From Comamonas faecalis (GTDB lineage Bacteria; Pseudomonadota; Gammaproteobacteria; Burkholderiales; Burkholderiaceae_C), in assembly GCF_039538025.1 (NCBI RefSeq), contig NZ_BAABBP010000008.1, positions 85,748 to 109,747 of the forward strand: a stretch of DNA of 24,000 nucleotides. The letters run 5' to 3'. Numbering within the stretch: position 1 is the stretch's first letter; each line of letters starts with the position of its first letter. Of the stretch, positions 1-9,303 are shown one piece after another. Under the pieces are notes generated by a model. It was not told the DNA's origin and did not search any database. It worked only from the letters and a program-made list of their open reading frames with translations. The translations under genes were made by a program, and so were the position numbers.

Positions 1-267
1 ATATTCAATGGCTTATTTTCCTGCTAATTGGTAATACCATGAAAAATACCATGCTCAGAAAAGGCTTAACAATATTTTGAAAAATTGCCTACTGAGCGCT
101 GCCGCACAGCTCCATAGGCCGCTTTCCTGGCTTTGCTTCCAGATGTATGCTCTTCTGCTCCTGCAGCTAATGGATCACCGCAAACAGGTTACTCGCCTGG
201 GGATTCCCTTTCGACCCGAGCATCCGTATGAGACTCATGCTCGATTATTATTATTATAGAAGCCCCC

Positions 268-1083
268 ATGAATAAATCGCTCATCATTTTCGGCATCGTC
301 AACATAACCTCGGACAGTTTCTCCGATGGAGGCCGGTATCTGGCGCCAGACGCAGCCATTGCGCAGGCGCGTAAGCTGATGGCCGAGGGGGCAGATGTGA
401 TCGACCTCGGTCCGGCATCCAGCAATCCCGACGCCGCGCCTGTTTCGTCCGACACAGAAATCGCGCGTATCGCGCCGGTGCTGGACGCGCTCAAGGCAGA
501 TGGCATTCCCGTCTCGCTCGACAGTTATCAACCCGCGACGCAAGCCTATGCCTTGTCGCGTGGTGTGGCCTATCTCAATGATATTCGCGGTTTTCCAGAC
601 GCTGCGTTCTATCCGCAATTGGCGAAATCATCTGCCAAACTCGTCGTTATGCATTCGGTGCAAGACGGGCAGGCAGATCGGCGCGAGGCACCCGCTGGCG
701 ACATCATGGATCACATTGCGGCGTTCTTTGACGCGCGCATCGCGGCGCTGACGGGTGCCGGTATCAAACGCAACCGCCTTGTCCTTGATCCCGGCATGGG
801 GTTTTTTCTGGGGGCTGCTCCCGAAACCTCGCTCTCGGTGCTGGCGCGGTTCGATGAATTGCGGCTGCGCTTCGATTTGCCGGTGCTTCTGTCTGTTTCG
901 CGCAAATCCTTTCTGCGCGCGCTCACAGGCCGTGGTCCGGGGGATGTCGGGGCCGCGACACTCGCTGCAGAGCTTGCCGCCGCCGCAGGTGGAGCTGACT
1001 TCATCCGCACACACGAGCCGCGCCCCTTGCGCGACGGGCTGGCGGTATTGGCGGCGCTGAAAGAAACCGCAAGAATTCGTTAA
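268..1083 (+). CDS. sul2: Sulfonamide-insensitive dihydropteroate synthase Sul2
   Basis: The 271-aa ORF (MNKSLIIFGIVNITSDSFSDGGRY...) matches the recalled Sul2 sequence. The typical context follows: delta glmM and ISCR2 downstream, and the ATT-repeat leader upstream. Confidence 0.96.
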   Translation: MNKSLIIFGIVNITSDSFSDGGRYLAPDAAIAQARKLMAEGADVIDLGPASSNPDAAPVSSDTEIARIAPVLDALKADGIPVSLDSYQPATQAYALSRGVAYLNDIRGFPDAAFYPQLAKSSAKLVVMHSVQDGQADRREAPAGDIMDHIAAFFDARIAALTGAGIKRNRLVLDPGMGFFLGAAPETSLSVLARFDELRLRFDLPVLLSVSRKSFLRALTGRGPGDVGAATLAAELAAAAGGADFIRTHEPRPLRDGLAVLAALKETARIR

Positions 1084-1169
1084 CTGCACATTCGGGATAT
1101 TTCTCTATATTCGCGGTTCAGCAGGCATGTCCCCTTTGAGGGCGACCCGACGACAGGATAATCGACCTT

Positions 1170-1414
1170 ATGGTGCGCAAATATTTCGGCACAGACGGTA
1201 TTCGTGGCAAAGCCAACGAAGGCGCGATGACGGCGGAAACCGCCTTGCGCGTCGGCATGGCGGCTGGCCGTGTCTTTCGTCGCGGTGACCACCGCCATCG
1301 TGTCGTGATCGGCAAGGATACGCGCCTGTCGGGCTATATGCTTGAACCCGCGCTCACAGCCGGTTTCACCTCGATGGGCATGGACGTATTCCTTTTTGGC
1401 CCGCTGCCGACAAC
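1170..1414 (+). pseudogene. glmM: 5' fragment of phosphoglucosamine mutase (delta glmM), truncated by the ISCR2 oriIS end
   Basis: The N-terminal ~81 aa ([18 protein letters not shown]...[10 protein letters not shown]) are GlmM-like. The reading frame then runs into unrelated ISCR2 terminal sequence. Confidence 0.85.
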
Positions 1415-1435
1415 GTATAGGAAGAATAAACGCCC
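1415..1435 (-). other. ISCR2 oriIS-like terminus
   Basis: The minus strand reads GGGCGTTTATTCTTCCTATAC, which matches the recalled ISCR-family oriIS consensus ending CTTCCTATAC. It sits exactly where glmM homology stops. Confidence 0.65.
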
Positions 1436-1647
1436 TTTTCACCCAAGTCCAACAGCTTTGGACCGCAGTTGACTCTTTCGACACCCCTGCGATGCAACCC
1501 AATCCGGCTGACGGGGAGCCAGCAACGCTGAAAATTTACCCTCCTCTTTCCCACTAGCGGCTCCTTTTCCGACAACCAGCACGGCGGATCCCTGCCGCGG
1601 CGCTGTGAACGCAGCATTTTGATTGGTATCGTTGGCCTTCAGGCTCG

Positions 1648-3141
1648 TCAGTCAAACAGACCCAGGAGCAGCTCAGCCGGTGGCGCCCGGCTTTCGGGTA
1701 ACGCCCTGGTCCCGCTGGTTTCGGCTTTGTGCTTCAGGTGATCAAGGATCTGCTTGATCACTATAGGGTCTTCAATGCAGGCGATGACTTTCATGGCGCC
1801 GCCGCAGCCGCTGCAGGTCTCGATGTCGATATTGAAAACACGCTTGAGCCGTTGCGCCCATGTCATCGACGCTCGCCGTTGTGCTGGTGTTGCCGGTTCA
1901 TCAGCCACCCTGACCTTGTTGCCCCTGCCCCGTTTTGCCGGCGTGACCAACGCCCGGTGCCGACTGTTGGGTGCGAACACCCCGTGGAAGCGGGTTAGGT
2001 TGACTCTGGGCTTCGGTACCAGGGCGGCCAGCCTTGCAATGAAATCCAATGGTTCGAAAATGACGTGCGTGGTGCCGTCCCGGTACGGCGTCTTGAGCTG
2101 GTAGCGCACGTTGCCGCCTCGTGTTAACGACAGCCGCTTCTCGGATACCGCCGGGCGGCTGATGTACCGGCACAGCCGTTCGAGCTTCTTGCGTTCATCG
2201 GCCCTGGCCGCCACGCCGGCGTGCAGGCTGGACCCGGCTACCTTGCCAATCCCGTCACCGAACGGATCACCACTGGTCGGCAGAGTTTGCAAAGTGAACA
2301 CCTTTCGCCCCGCCTGTGAACCGACAGCGATACGGTAAGTGATCGAGTGCCCCAGCAGGGGTGTCATCGGGTCGTCATCCACCGCATCCGAGGCCAGATA
2401 GCTGTTTTCGACATCCCGTTCCAGCAGGCCTTGCCGTTCCAGATAGCGACCCACCCGGTGGGCGATGGTGTGCGTCAGCTGGGTGAGCTCTGGGCTGGTC
2501 GGCGCCTTGACCCAGCGGAAACGCGCTGAGCCGTGGGATTGCTCGACATACACACCGTCGAGAAACAGCATGTGGAAGTGAACATTCAGATTGAGCGCCG
2601 ATCCAAAACGCTGGATCAGGGTGACCGCGCCCGTCTTGGCCACTTGGTGGGTATGGCCCGCTTTCTTGACCAGGTGCGTGGCAATGACGCGGTAAACGAT
2701 GCCCAGCACCCACCCCATGATCTCGGGCCGGCTGGCAAACAGGAAACGCAGCTGAAACGGGAAGCTCAACACCCACTGACGCATGGGTTGTTCAGGCAGT
2801 ACTTCATCAACCAGCAAGGCGGCACTTTCGGCCATCCGCCGCGCCCCACAGCTCGGGCAGAAACCGCGACGCTTACAGCTGAAAGCGACCAGGTGCTCGG
2901 CGTGGCAAGACTCGCAGCGAACCCGTAGAAAGCCATGCTCCAGCCGCCCGCATTGGAGAAATTCTTCAAATTCCCGTTGCACATAGCCCGGCAATTCCTT
3001 TCCCTGCTCTGCCATAAGCGCAGCGAATGCCGGGTAATACTCGTCAACGATCTGATAGAGAAGGGTTTGCTCGGGTCGGTGGCTCTGGTAACGACCAGTA
3101 TCCCGATCCCGGCTGGCCGTCCTGGCCGCCACATGAGGCAT
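1648..3141 (-). CDS. ISCR2 transposase (IS91/HUH rolling-circle family)
   Basis: The 497-aa ORF has an N-terminal Cys-rich zinc-finger-like region (CESCHAEHLVAFSCKRRGFCPSCG) and a FHGVFAPNSRHR C-terminal motif typical of ISCR/IS91 transposases. Confidence 0.93.
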   Translation of the reverse strand: MPHVAARTASRDRDTGRYQSHRPEQTLLYQIVDEYYPAFAALMAEQGKELPGYVQREFEEFLQCGRLEHGFLRVRCESCHAEHLVAFSCKRRGFCPSCGARRMAESAALLVDEVLPEQPMRQWVLSFPFQLRFLFASRPEIMGWVLGIVYRVIATHLVKKAGHTHQVAKTGAVTLIQRFGSALNLNVHFHMLFLDGVYVEQSHGSARFRWVKAPTSPELTQLTHTIAHRVGRYLERQGLLERDVENSYLASDAVDDDPMTPLLGHSITYRIAVGSQAGRKVFTLQTLPTSGDPFGDGIGKVAGSSLHAGVAARADERKKLERLCRYISRPAVSEKRLSLTRGGNVRYQLKTPYRDGTTHVIFEPLDFIARLAALVPKPRVNLTRFHGVFAPNSRHRALVTPAKRGRGNKVRVADEPATPAQRRASMTWAQRLKRVFNIDIETCSGCGGAMKVIACIEDPIVIKQILDHLKHKAETSGTRALPESRAPPAELLLGLFD

Positions 3142-3351
3142 GTTCCGCGTCCTTGCAATACTGTGTTTACATACAGTCTATCGCTTAGCGGAAAGTTCTT
3201 TTACCCTCAGCCGAAATGCCTGCCGTTGCTAGACATTGCCAGCCAGTGCCCGTCACTCCCACTCGATTGTAAACAAGCACACAAAACCCTTTAGTGACAA
3301 CAATTTGCAAGAACTATCAGGCTCAGTGCCATGAAAAATACCATGACCAGA

Positions 3352-3576
3352 TCATGAGGTTGAACACGGCTTGCGCCGGCAGCGTTCACGCTCCTGGTCG
3401 GCGATCTCGCCCGGCTGCAATGCTAGCTCAGCATCGGTCATGCGCTCCAGCACGTCGCGTAGGCGGATGGTGCAAGGAATGGGCGGCAGCTCGAACTCAT
3501 AGCCGCCGGCGATCATTTCGGCCGCAATCTCCTCGGTGATGAAAAACGGCTCGTCGTCTTGGTTCGGCTTCTTCAT
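3352..3576 (-). CDS. Hypothetical acidic 74-aa protein, translationally coupled to the upstream resolvase gene
   Basis: The ORF start overlaps the resolvase stop by 4 nt (ATGA). I recognise no family. The stop lies 7 nt from the 17-bp repeat beside ISCR2. Confidence 0.45.
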   Translation of the reverse strand: MKKPNQDDEPFFITEEIAAEMIAGGYEFELPPIPCTIRLRDVLERMTDAELALQPGEIADQERERCRRKPCSTS

Positions 3577-4310
3577 GCCCTTTCCTCCTGGCGCTCATCC
3601 TGGCCGACAGCGGCCAGGGCATCGGCTTCCGTCAATGCGTCCTCCACGAACGCGCCGTGCTGCTTCGCTTCGGCCTGGCTGACCTCGGCCCATATCCGTT
3701 TCACCTGGGCCGCACTGTACCCGGCCAGCTCGGCGGTCTTGTTGATGCTGTAGCCGGACTTGCGCAGCGCGACAACTTGGGCGCGGCGCTTCGGATCAGC
3801 ACGGCGGCCCTTGTACCGCCCGGCCTGGCGGGCCAACTCAATGCCTTGGCGCTGGCGTTCGCGCCTGTCCTCGTAGTCGTCGCGGGCCATCTGCAAGGCC
3901 AGGCGAAAAAGCATGATCTGCACGGCTTCCAGCACGATCTTGGCGACGCCCTGGGCCTCGGCCGCCAGGTCGGATAGATCGACCACGCCAGGGACGGCCA
4001 GGCGTGCGCCTTTGGCCTGTATCGAGGCCACCAGGCGCTCGGCCTCGGGCAAAGGTAGGCGGCTGATGCGGTCGATCTTCTCGGCAATGACCACCTCGCC
4101 GGGCTGTAGGTCGCCGATCATGCGCAGCAGCTCAGGCCGGTCGGCGCGTGCGCCGGATGCCTTCTCACGGTAGATGCCGGCGACGTAGTAGCCGGCGGCC
4201 TTCGCGGCCGTAGTGATCGCCTCTTGGCGTTCCAAGTCCTGCGCGTCGGTGCTGACGCGCAGATAGACCCGCGCCACCATCGGCGCGGCTACTGGCTTCG
4301 TCCTGCGCAT
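3573..4310 (-). CDS. Serine recombinase / resolvase (ParA/Res-like) with a C-terminal HTH. Alternative starts are at 4373 (longest ORF) and 4280.
   Basis: It carries the YLRVSTDAQDLERQ catalytic-serine motif near the N-terminus and a C-terminal HTH (SINKTAELAGYSAAQVKRIW). The start at 4310 (MRRTKP) was chosen by distance to the catalytic motif. Confidence 0.85.
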   Translation of the reverse strand: MRRTKPVAAPMVARVYLRVSTDAQDLERQEAITTAAKAAGYYVAGIYREKASGARADRPELLRMIGDLQPGEVVIAEKIDRISRLPLPEAERLVASIQAKGARLAVPGVVDLSDLAAEAQGVAKIVLEAVQIMLFRLALQMARDDYEDRRERQRQGIELARQAGRYKGRRADPKRRAQVVALRKSGYSINKTAELAGYSAAQVKRIWAEVSQAEAKQHGAFVEDALTEADALAAVGQDERQEERA

Positions 4311-4422
4311 ACTTGCGGGCTCCTTTGGGCATGCCTCAAAGTGCCAGTTTATCGCTGGTGGCTCATAGCTCAAAAGGTCGGCTTATAAGTGCCTAGCCCA
4401 AAAAGATAACCCTTATGTGCCA

Positions 4423-4437
4423 TGCCAAACATTGGCA
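4423..4437. promoter_or_regulatory. Candidate resolvase-binding inverted repeat (res subsite) TGCCAA-ACA-TTGGCA
   Basis: This perfect 6-3-6 palindrome lies between the resolvase gene start and the integron IRi. Its function is inferred only. Confidence 0.3.
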
Positions 4438-4463
4438 GCGTCACGCCGTAAGTTGTTCAAAGG

Positions 4464-4488
4464 TGTCGTTTTCAGAAGACGGCTGCAC
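4464..4488 (+). repeat. IRi, 25-bp terminal inverted repeat of class 1 integrons/Tn402
   Basis: The sequence is TGTCGTTTTCAGAAGACGGCTGCAC. Confidence 0.9.
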
Positions 4489-4665
4489 TGAACGTCAGAA
4501 GCCGACTGCACTATAGCAGCGGAGGGGTTGGATCCATCAGGCAACGACGGGCTGCTGCCGGCCATCAGCGGACGCAGGGAGGACTTTCCGCAACCGGCCG
4601 TTCGATGCGGCACCGATGGCCTTCGCGCAGGGGTAGTGAATCCGCCAGGATTGACTTGCGCTGCC

Positions 4666-5679
4666 CTACCTCTCACTAGTGAGGGGCGGCAGCGCATCAA
4701 GCGGTGAGCGCACTCCGGCACCGCCAACTTTCAGCACATGCGTGTAAATCATCGTCGTAGAGACGTCGGAATGGCCGAGCAGATCCTGCACGGTTCGAAT
4801 GTCGTAACCGCTGCGGAGCAAGGCCGTCGCGAACGAGTGGCGGAGGGTGTGCGGTGTGGCGGGCTTCGTGATGCCTGCTTGTTCTACGGCACGTTTGAAG
4901 GCGCGCTGAAAGGTCTGGTCATACATGTGATGGCGACGCACGACACCGCTCCGTGGATCGGTCGAATGCGTGTGCTGCGCAAAAACCCAGAACCACGGCC
5001 AGGAATGCCCGGCGCGCGGATACTTCCGCTCAAGGGCGTCGGGAAGCGCAACGCCGCTGCGGCCCTCGGCCTGGTCCTTCAGCCACCATGCCCGTGCACG
5101 CGACAGCTGCTCGCGCAGGCTGGGTGCCAAGCTCTCGGGTAACATCAAGGCCCGATCCTTGGAGCCCTTGCCCTCCCGCACGATGATCGTGCCGTGATCG
5201 AAATCCAGATCCTTGACCCGCAGTTGCAAACCCTCACTGATCCGCATGCCCGTTCCATACAGAAGCTGGGCGAACAAACGATGCTCGCCTTCCAGAAAAC
5301 CGAGGATGCGAACCACTTCATCCGGGGTCAGCACCACCGGCAAGCGCCGCGACGGCCGAGGTCTTCCGATCTCCTGAAGCCAGGGCAGATCCGTGCACAG
5401 CACCTTGCCGTAGAAGAACAGCAAGGCCGCCAATGCCTGACGATGCGTGGAGACCGAAACCTTGCGCTCGTTCGCCAGCCAGGACAGAAATGCCTCGACT
5501 TCGCTGCTGCCCAAGGTTGCCGGGTGACGCACACCGTGGAAACGGATGAAGGCACGAACCCAGTGGACATAAGCCTGTTCGGTTGGTAAGCTGTAATGCA
5601 AGTAGCGTATGCGCTCACGCAACTGGTCCAGAACCTTGACCGAACGCAGCGGTGGTAACGGCGCAGTGGCGGTTTTCAT
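4666..5679 (-). CDS. intI1: Class 1 integron integrase IntI1 (P32, H39 variant)
   Basis: The 337-aa ORF ([49 protein letters not shown]...) matches recalled IntI1. Confidence 0.97.
   Translation of the reverse strand: MKTATAPLPPLRSVKVLDQLRERIRYLHYSLPTEQAYVHWVRAFIRFHGVRHPATLGSSEVEAFLSWLANERKVSVSTHRQALAALLFFYGKVLCTDLPWLQEIGRPRPSRRLPVVLTPDEVVRILGFLEGEHRLFAQLLYGTGMRISEGLQLRVKDLDFDHGTIIVREGKGSKDRALMLPESLAPSLREQLSRARAWWLKDQAEGRSGVALPDALERKYPRAGHSWPWFWVFAQHTHSTDPRSGVVRRHHMYDQTFQRAFKRAVEQAGITKPATPHTLRHSFATALLRSGYDIRTVQDLLGHSDVSTTMIYTHVLKVGGAGVRSPLDALPPLTSER
5564..5592 (+). promoter_or_regulatory. Cassette promoter Pc, PcW with an extended -10 (TGN)
   Basis: The -35 is TGGACA (5564-5569), followed by a 17-nt spacer ending in TGG, then the -10 TAAGCT (5587-5592). 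It lies inside intI1 and faces the cassettes. Confidence 0.8.
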
Positions 5680-5756
5680 GGCTTGTTATGACTGTTTTTT
5701 TGTACAGTCTATGCCTCGGGCATCCAAGCAGCAAGCGCGTTACGCCGTGGGTCGAT

Positions 5757-5821
5757 GTTTGATGTTATGGAGCAGCAACGATGTTACGCAGCAGGGCAGT
5801 CGCCCTAAAACAAAGTTAGAC
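5757..5821 (+). other. attI1 recombination site (crossover at G/TTAGAC, 5815/5816)
   Basis: The canonical 5'-CS end ...GCCCTAAAACAAAGTTAGAC immediately precedes the first cassette. Confidence 0.7.
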
Positions 5822-5849
5822 GGCAAAGTCACAGACCGCGGGATCTCTT

Positions 5850-6482
5850 ATGACCAACTACTTTGATAGCCCCTTCAAAGGCAAGCTGCTTTCTGAGCAA
5901 GTGAAGAACCCCAATATCAAAGTTGGGCGGTACAGCTATTACTCTGGCTACTATCATGGGCACTCATTCGATGACTGCGCACGGTATCTGTTTCCGGACC
6001 GTGATGACGTTGATAAGTTGATCATCGGTAGTTTCTGCTCTATCGGGAGTGGGGCTTCCTTTATCATGGCTGGCAATCAGGGGCATCGGTACGACTGGGC
6101 ATCATCTTTCCCGTTCTTTTATATGCAGGAAGAACCTGCATTCTCAAGCGCACTCGATGCCTTCCAAAAAGCAGGTAATACTGTCATTGGCAATGACGTT
6201 TGGATCGGCTCTGAGGCAATGGTCATGCCCGGAATCAAGATCGGGCACGGTGCGGTGATAGGCAGCCGCTCGTTGGTGACAAAAGATGTGGAGCCTTACG
6301 CTATCGTTGGCGGCAATCCCGCTAAGAAGATTAAGAAACGCTTCACCGATGAGGAAATTTCATTGCTTCTGGAGATGGAGTGGTGGAATTGGTCACTGGA
6401 GAAGATCAAAGCGGCAATGCCCATGCTGTGCTCGTCTAATATTGTTGGCCTGCACAAGTATTGGCTCGAGTTTGCCGTCTAA
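5850..6482 (+). CDS. catB3: Xenobiotic (hexapeptide-repeat) chloramphenicol acetyltransferase CatB3, encoded on a gene cassette
   Basis: The 210-aa ORF ([46 protein letters not shown]...) matches recalled CatB3 rather than CatB8. Confidence 0.92.
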   Translation: MTNYFDSPFKGKLLSEQVKNPNIKVGRYSYYSGYYHGHSFDDCARYLFPDRDDVDKLIIGSFCSIGSGASFIMAGNQGHRYDWASSFPFFYMQEEPAFSSALDAFQKAGNTVIGNDVWIGSEAMVMPGIKIGHGAVIGSRSLVTKDVEPYAIVGGNPAKKIKKRFTDEEISLLLEMEWWNWSLEKIKAAMPMLCSSNIVGLHKYWLEFAV

Positions 6483-6536
6483 CAATTCAATCAAGCCGAT
6501 GCCGCTTCGCGGCACGGCTTATTTCAGGCGTTAGAC
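6477..6536 (+). other. attC (59-be) of the catB3 cassette
   Basis: The inverse core GTCTAAC is at 6477 and the core GTTAGAC at 6530, with internal imperfect dyad symmetry. The total length is 60 bp. Confidence 0.75.
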
Positions 6537-6539
6537 ATC

Positions 6540-7331
6540 ATGAGGGAAGCGGTGACCATCGAAATTTCGAACCAACTATCAGAGGTGCTAAGCGTCATTG
6601 AGCGCCATCTGGAATCAACGTTGCTGGCCGTGCATTTGTACGGCTCCGCAGTGGATGGCGGCCTGAAGCCATACAGCGATATTGATTTGTTGGTTACTGT
6701 GGCCGTAAAGCTTGATGAAACGACGCGGCGAGCATTGCTCAATGATCTTATGGAGGCTTCGGCTTTCCCTGGCGAGAGCGAGACGCTCCGCGCTATAGAA
6801 GTCACCCTTGTCGTGCATGACGACATCATCCCGTGGCGTTATCCGGCTAAGCGCGAGCTGCAATTTGGAGAATGGCAGCGCAATGACATTCTTGCGGGTA
6901 TCTTCGAGCCAGCCATGATCGACATTGATCTAGCTATCCTGCTTACAAAAGCAAGAGAACATAGCGTTGCCTTGGTAGGTCCGGCAGCGGAGGAATTCTT
7001 TGACCCGGTTCCTGAACAGGATCTATTCGAGGCGCTGAGGGAAACCTTGAAGCTATGGAACTCGCAGCCCGACTGGGCCGGCGATGAGCGAAATGTAGTG
7101 CTTACGTTGTCCCGCATTTGGTACAGCGCAATAACCGGCAAAATCGCGCCGAAGGATGTCGCTGCCGACTGGGCAATAAAACGCCTACCTGCCCAGTATC
7201 AGCCCGTCTTACTTGAAGCTAAGCAAGCTTATCTGGGACAAAAAGAAGATCACTTGGCCTCACGCGCAGATCACTTGGAAGAATTTATTCGCTTTGTGAA
7301 AGGCGAGATCATCAAGTCAGTTGGTAAATGA
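6540..7331 (+). CDS. aadA2: Aminoglycoside (3'')(9) adenylyltransferase AadA2 (streptomycin/spectinomycin), encoded on a gene cassette
   Basis: The 263-aa ORF (MREAVTIEISNQLSEVLSVIERHLESTLLAVHLYGSAVDGGLKPYSDIDLL...) matches the recalled AadA2 and differs from AadA1. Confidence 0.94.
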   Translation: MREAVTIEISNQLSEVLSVIERHLESTLLAVHLYGSAVDGGLKPYSDIDLLVTVAVKLDETTRRALLNDLMEASAFPGESETLRAIEVTLVVHDDIIPWRYPAKRELQFGEWQRNDILAGIFEPAMIDIDLAILLTKAREHSVALVGPAAEEFFDPVPEQDLFEALRETLKLWNSQPDWAGDERNVVLTLSRIWYSAITGKIAPKDVAADWAIKRLPAQYQPVLLEAKQAYLGQKEDHLASRADHLEEFIRFVKGEIIKSVGK

Positions 7332-7332
7332 T

Positions 7333-7392
7333 GTCTAACAATTCGTTCAAGCCGACCGCGCTACGCGCGGCGGCTTAACTCCGGCGTTAGAT
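7333..7392 (+). other. attC (59-be) of the aadA2 cassette, at the junction with the 3'-CS
   Basis: The inverse core GTCTAAC is at 7333 and the core GTTAGAT at 7386. The length is 60 bp. Confidence 0.75.
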
Positions 7393-7494
7393 GCACTAAG
7401 CACATAATTGCTCACAGCCAAACTATCAGGTCAAGTCTGCTTTTATTATTTTTAAGCGTGCATAATAAGCCCTACACAAATTGGGAGATATATC

Positions 7495-7842
7495 ATGAAA
7501 GGCTGGCTTTTTCTTGTTATCGCAATAGTTGGCGAAGTAATCGCAACATCCGCATTAAAATCTAGCGAGGGCTTTACTAAGCTTGCCCCTTCCGCCGTTG
7601 TCATAATCGGTTATGGCATCGCATTTTATTTTCTTTCTCTGGTTCTGAAATCCATCCCTGTCGGTGTTGCTTATGCAGTCTGGTCGGGACTCGGCGTCGT
7701 CATAATTACAGCCATTGCCTGGTTGCTTCATGGGCAAAAGCTTGATGCGTGGGGCTTTGTAGGTATGGGGCTCATAATTGCTGCCTTTTTGCTCGCCCGA
7801 TCCCCATCGTGGAAGTCGCTGCGGAGGCCGACGCCATGGTGA
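7495..7842 (+). CDS. qacEdelta1: Truncated SMR quaternary-ammonium efflux protein QacEdelta1
   Basis: The 115-aa ORF ([30 protein letters not shown]...) has the altered C-terminus typical of the 3'-CS. It overlaps the sul1 start. Confidence 0.95.
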   Translation: MKGWLFLVIAIVGEVIATSALKSSEGFTKLAPSAVVIIGYGIAFYFLSLVLKSIPVGVAYAVWSGLGVVIITAIAWLLHGQKLDAWGFVGMGLIIAAFLLARSPSWKSLRRPTPW

Positions 7843-8675
7843 CGGTGTTCGGCATTCTGAATCTCACCGAGGACTCCTTCTTCGATGAGAGCCGGCGGCT
7901 AGACCCCGCCGGCGCTGTCACCGCGGCGATCGAAATGCTGCGAGTCGGATCAGACGTCGTGGATGTCGGACCGGCCGCCAGCCATCCGGACGCGAGGCCT
8001 GTATCGCCGGCCGATGAGATCAGACGTATTGCGCCGCTCTTAGACGCCCTGTCCGATCAGATGCACCGTGTTTCAATCGACAGCTTCCAACCGGAAACCC
8101 AGCGCTATGCGCTCAAGCGCGGCGTGGGCTACCTGAACGATATCCAAGGATTTCCTGACCCTGCGCTCTATCCCGATATTGCTGAGGCGGACTGCAGGCT
8201 GGTGGTTATGCACTCAGCGCAGCGGGATGGCATCGCCACCCGCACCGGTCACCTTCGACCCGAAGACGCGCTCGACGAGATTGTGCGGTTCTTCGAGGCG
8301 CGGGTTTCCGCCTTGCGACGGAGCGGGGTCGCTGCCGACCGGCTCATCCTCGATCCGGGGATGGGATTTTTCTTGAGCCCCGCACCGGAAACATCGCTGC
8401 ACGTGCTGTCGAACCTTCAAAAGCTGAAGTCGGCGTTGGGGCTTCCGCTATTGGTCTCGGTGTCGCGGAAATCCTTCTTGGGCGCCACCGTTGGCCTTCC
8501 TGTAAAGGATCTGGGTCCAGCGAGCCTTGCGGCGGAACTTCACGCGATCGGCAATGGCGCTGACTACGTCCGCACCCACGCGCCTGGAGATCTGCGAAGC
8601 GCAATCACCTTCTCGGAAACCCTCGCGAAATTTCGCAGTCGCGACGCCAGAGACCGAGGGTTAGATCATGCCTAG
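7836..8675 (+). CDS. sul1: Sulfonamide-insensitive dihydropteroate synthase Sul1
   Basis: The ORF starting [26 protein letters not shown]... is 279 aa from the ATG at 7836. The longer 308-aa ORF in the track is an upstream in-frame extension. Confidence 0.96.
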   Translation: MVTVFGILNLTEDSFFDESRRLDPAGAVTAAIEMLRVGSDVVDVGPAASHPDARPVSPADEIRRIAPLLDALSDQMHRVSIDSFQPETQRYALKRGVGYLNDIQGFPDPALYPDIAEADCRLVVMHSAQRDGIATRTGHLRPEDALDEIVRFFEARVSALRRSGVAADRLILDPGMGFFLSPAPETSLHVLSNLQKLKSALGLPLLVSVSRKSFLGATVGLPVKDLGPASLAAELHAIGNGADYVRTHAPGDLRSAITFSETLAKFRSRDARDRGLDHA

Positions 8676-8802
8676 CATTCACCTTCCGGCCGCCCGCTAG
8701 CGGACCCTGGTCAGGTTCCGCGAAGGTGGGCGCAGACATGCTGGGCTCGTCAGGATCAAACTGCACTATGAGGCGGCGGTTCATACCGCGCCAGGGGAGC
8801 GA

Positions 8803-9303
8803 ATGGACAGCGAGGAGCCTCCGAACGTTCGGGTCGCCTGCTCGGGTGATATCGACGAGGTTGTGCGGCTGATGCACGACGCTGCGGCGTGGATGTCCGC
8901 CAAGGGAACGCCCGCCTGGGACGTCGCGCGGATCGACCGGACATTCGCGGAGACCTTCGTCCTGAGATCCGAGCTCCTAGTCGCGAGTTGCAGCGACGGC
9001 ATCGTCGGCTGTTGCACCTTGTCGGCCGAGGATCCCGAGTTCTGGCCCGACGCCCTCAAGGGGGAGGCCGCATATCTGCACAAGCTCGCGGTGCGACGGA
9101 CACATGCGGGCCGGGGTGTCAGCTCCGCGCTGATCGAGGCTTGCCGCCATGCCGCGCGAACGCAGGGGTGCGCCAAGCTGCGGCTCGACTGCCACCCGAA
9201 CCTGCGTGGCCTATACGAGCGGCTCGGATTCACCCACGTCGACACTTTCAATCCCGGCTGGGATCCAACCTTCATCGCAGAACGCCTAGAACTCGAAATC
9301 TAA
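8803..9303 (+). CDS. GNAT-family acetyltransferase (orf5 of the class 1 integron 3'-CS)
   Basis: The 166-aa ORF has a GNAT motif (LHKLAVRRTHAGRGVSSALIEAC) and occupies the canonical position after sul1. Confidence 0.88.
   Translation: MDSEEPPNVRVACSGDIDEVVRLMHDAAAWMSAKGTPAWDVARIDRTFAETFVLRSELLVASCSDGIVGCCTLSAEDPEFWPDALKGEAAYLHKLAVRRTHAGRGVSSALIEACRHAARTQGCAKLRLDCHPNLRGLYERLGFTHVDTFNPGWDPTFIAERLELEI

Larger units (their letters stand above)
1415..3345 (-). mobile_element. ISCR2 (IS91-like rolling-circle element). The oriIS end at 1415 is well defined. The terIS-side boundary is uncertain (somewhere 3150-3345).
   Basis: It contains the 497-aa ISCR2 transposase. An oriIS-like terminus abuts delta glmM, as in known sul2 contexts. 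Confidence 0.75.

Noticed and set aside
245-258. ATT trinucleotide microsatellite (four units) just upstream of sul2
   Set aside because: As I recall, this belongs to the conserved sul2 leader seen in RSF1010-type contexts. It is short, and there is no evidence of phase-variable function.
5684-5709. Second integron promoter P2
   Set aside because: The -35 TTGTTA and -10 TACAGT are separated by only 14 nt, with no GGG insertion. This is the inactive form, so it is not listed as a functional promoter.
7749-7835. N-terminal extension giving a 308-aa Sul1 ORF
   Set aside because: The extension overlaps the qacEdelta1 coding sequence. Canonical Sul1 starts at [10 protein letters not shown] (ATG at 7836).
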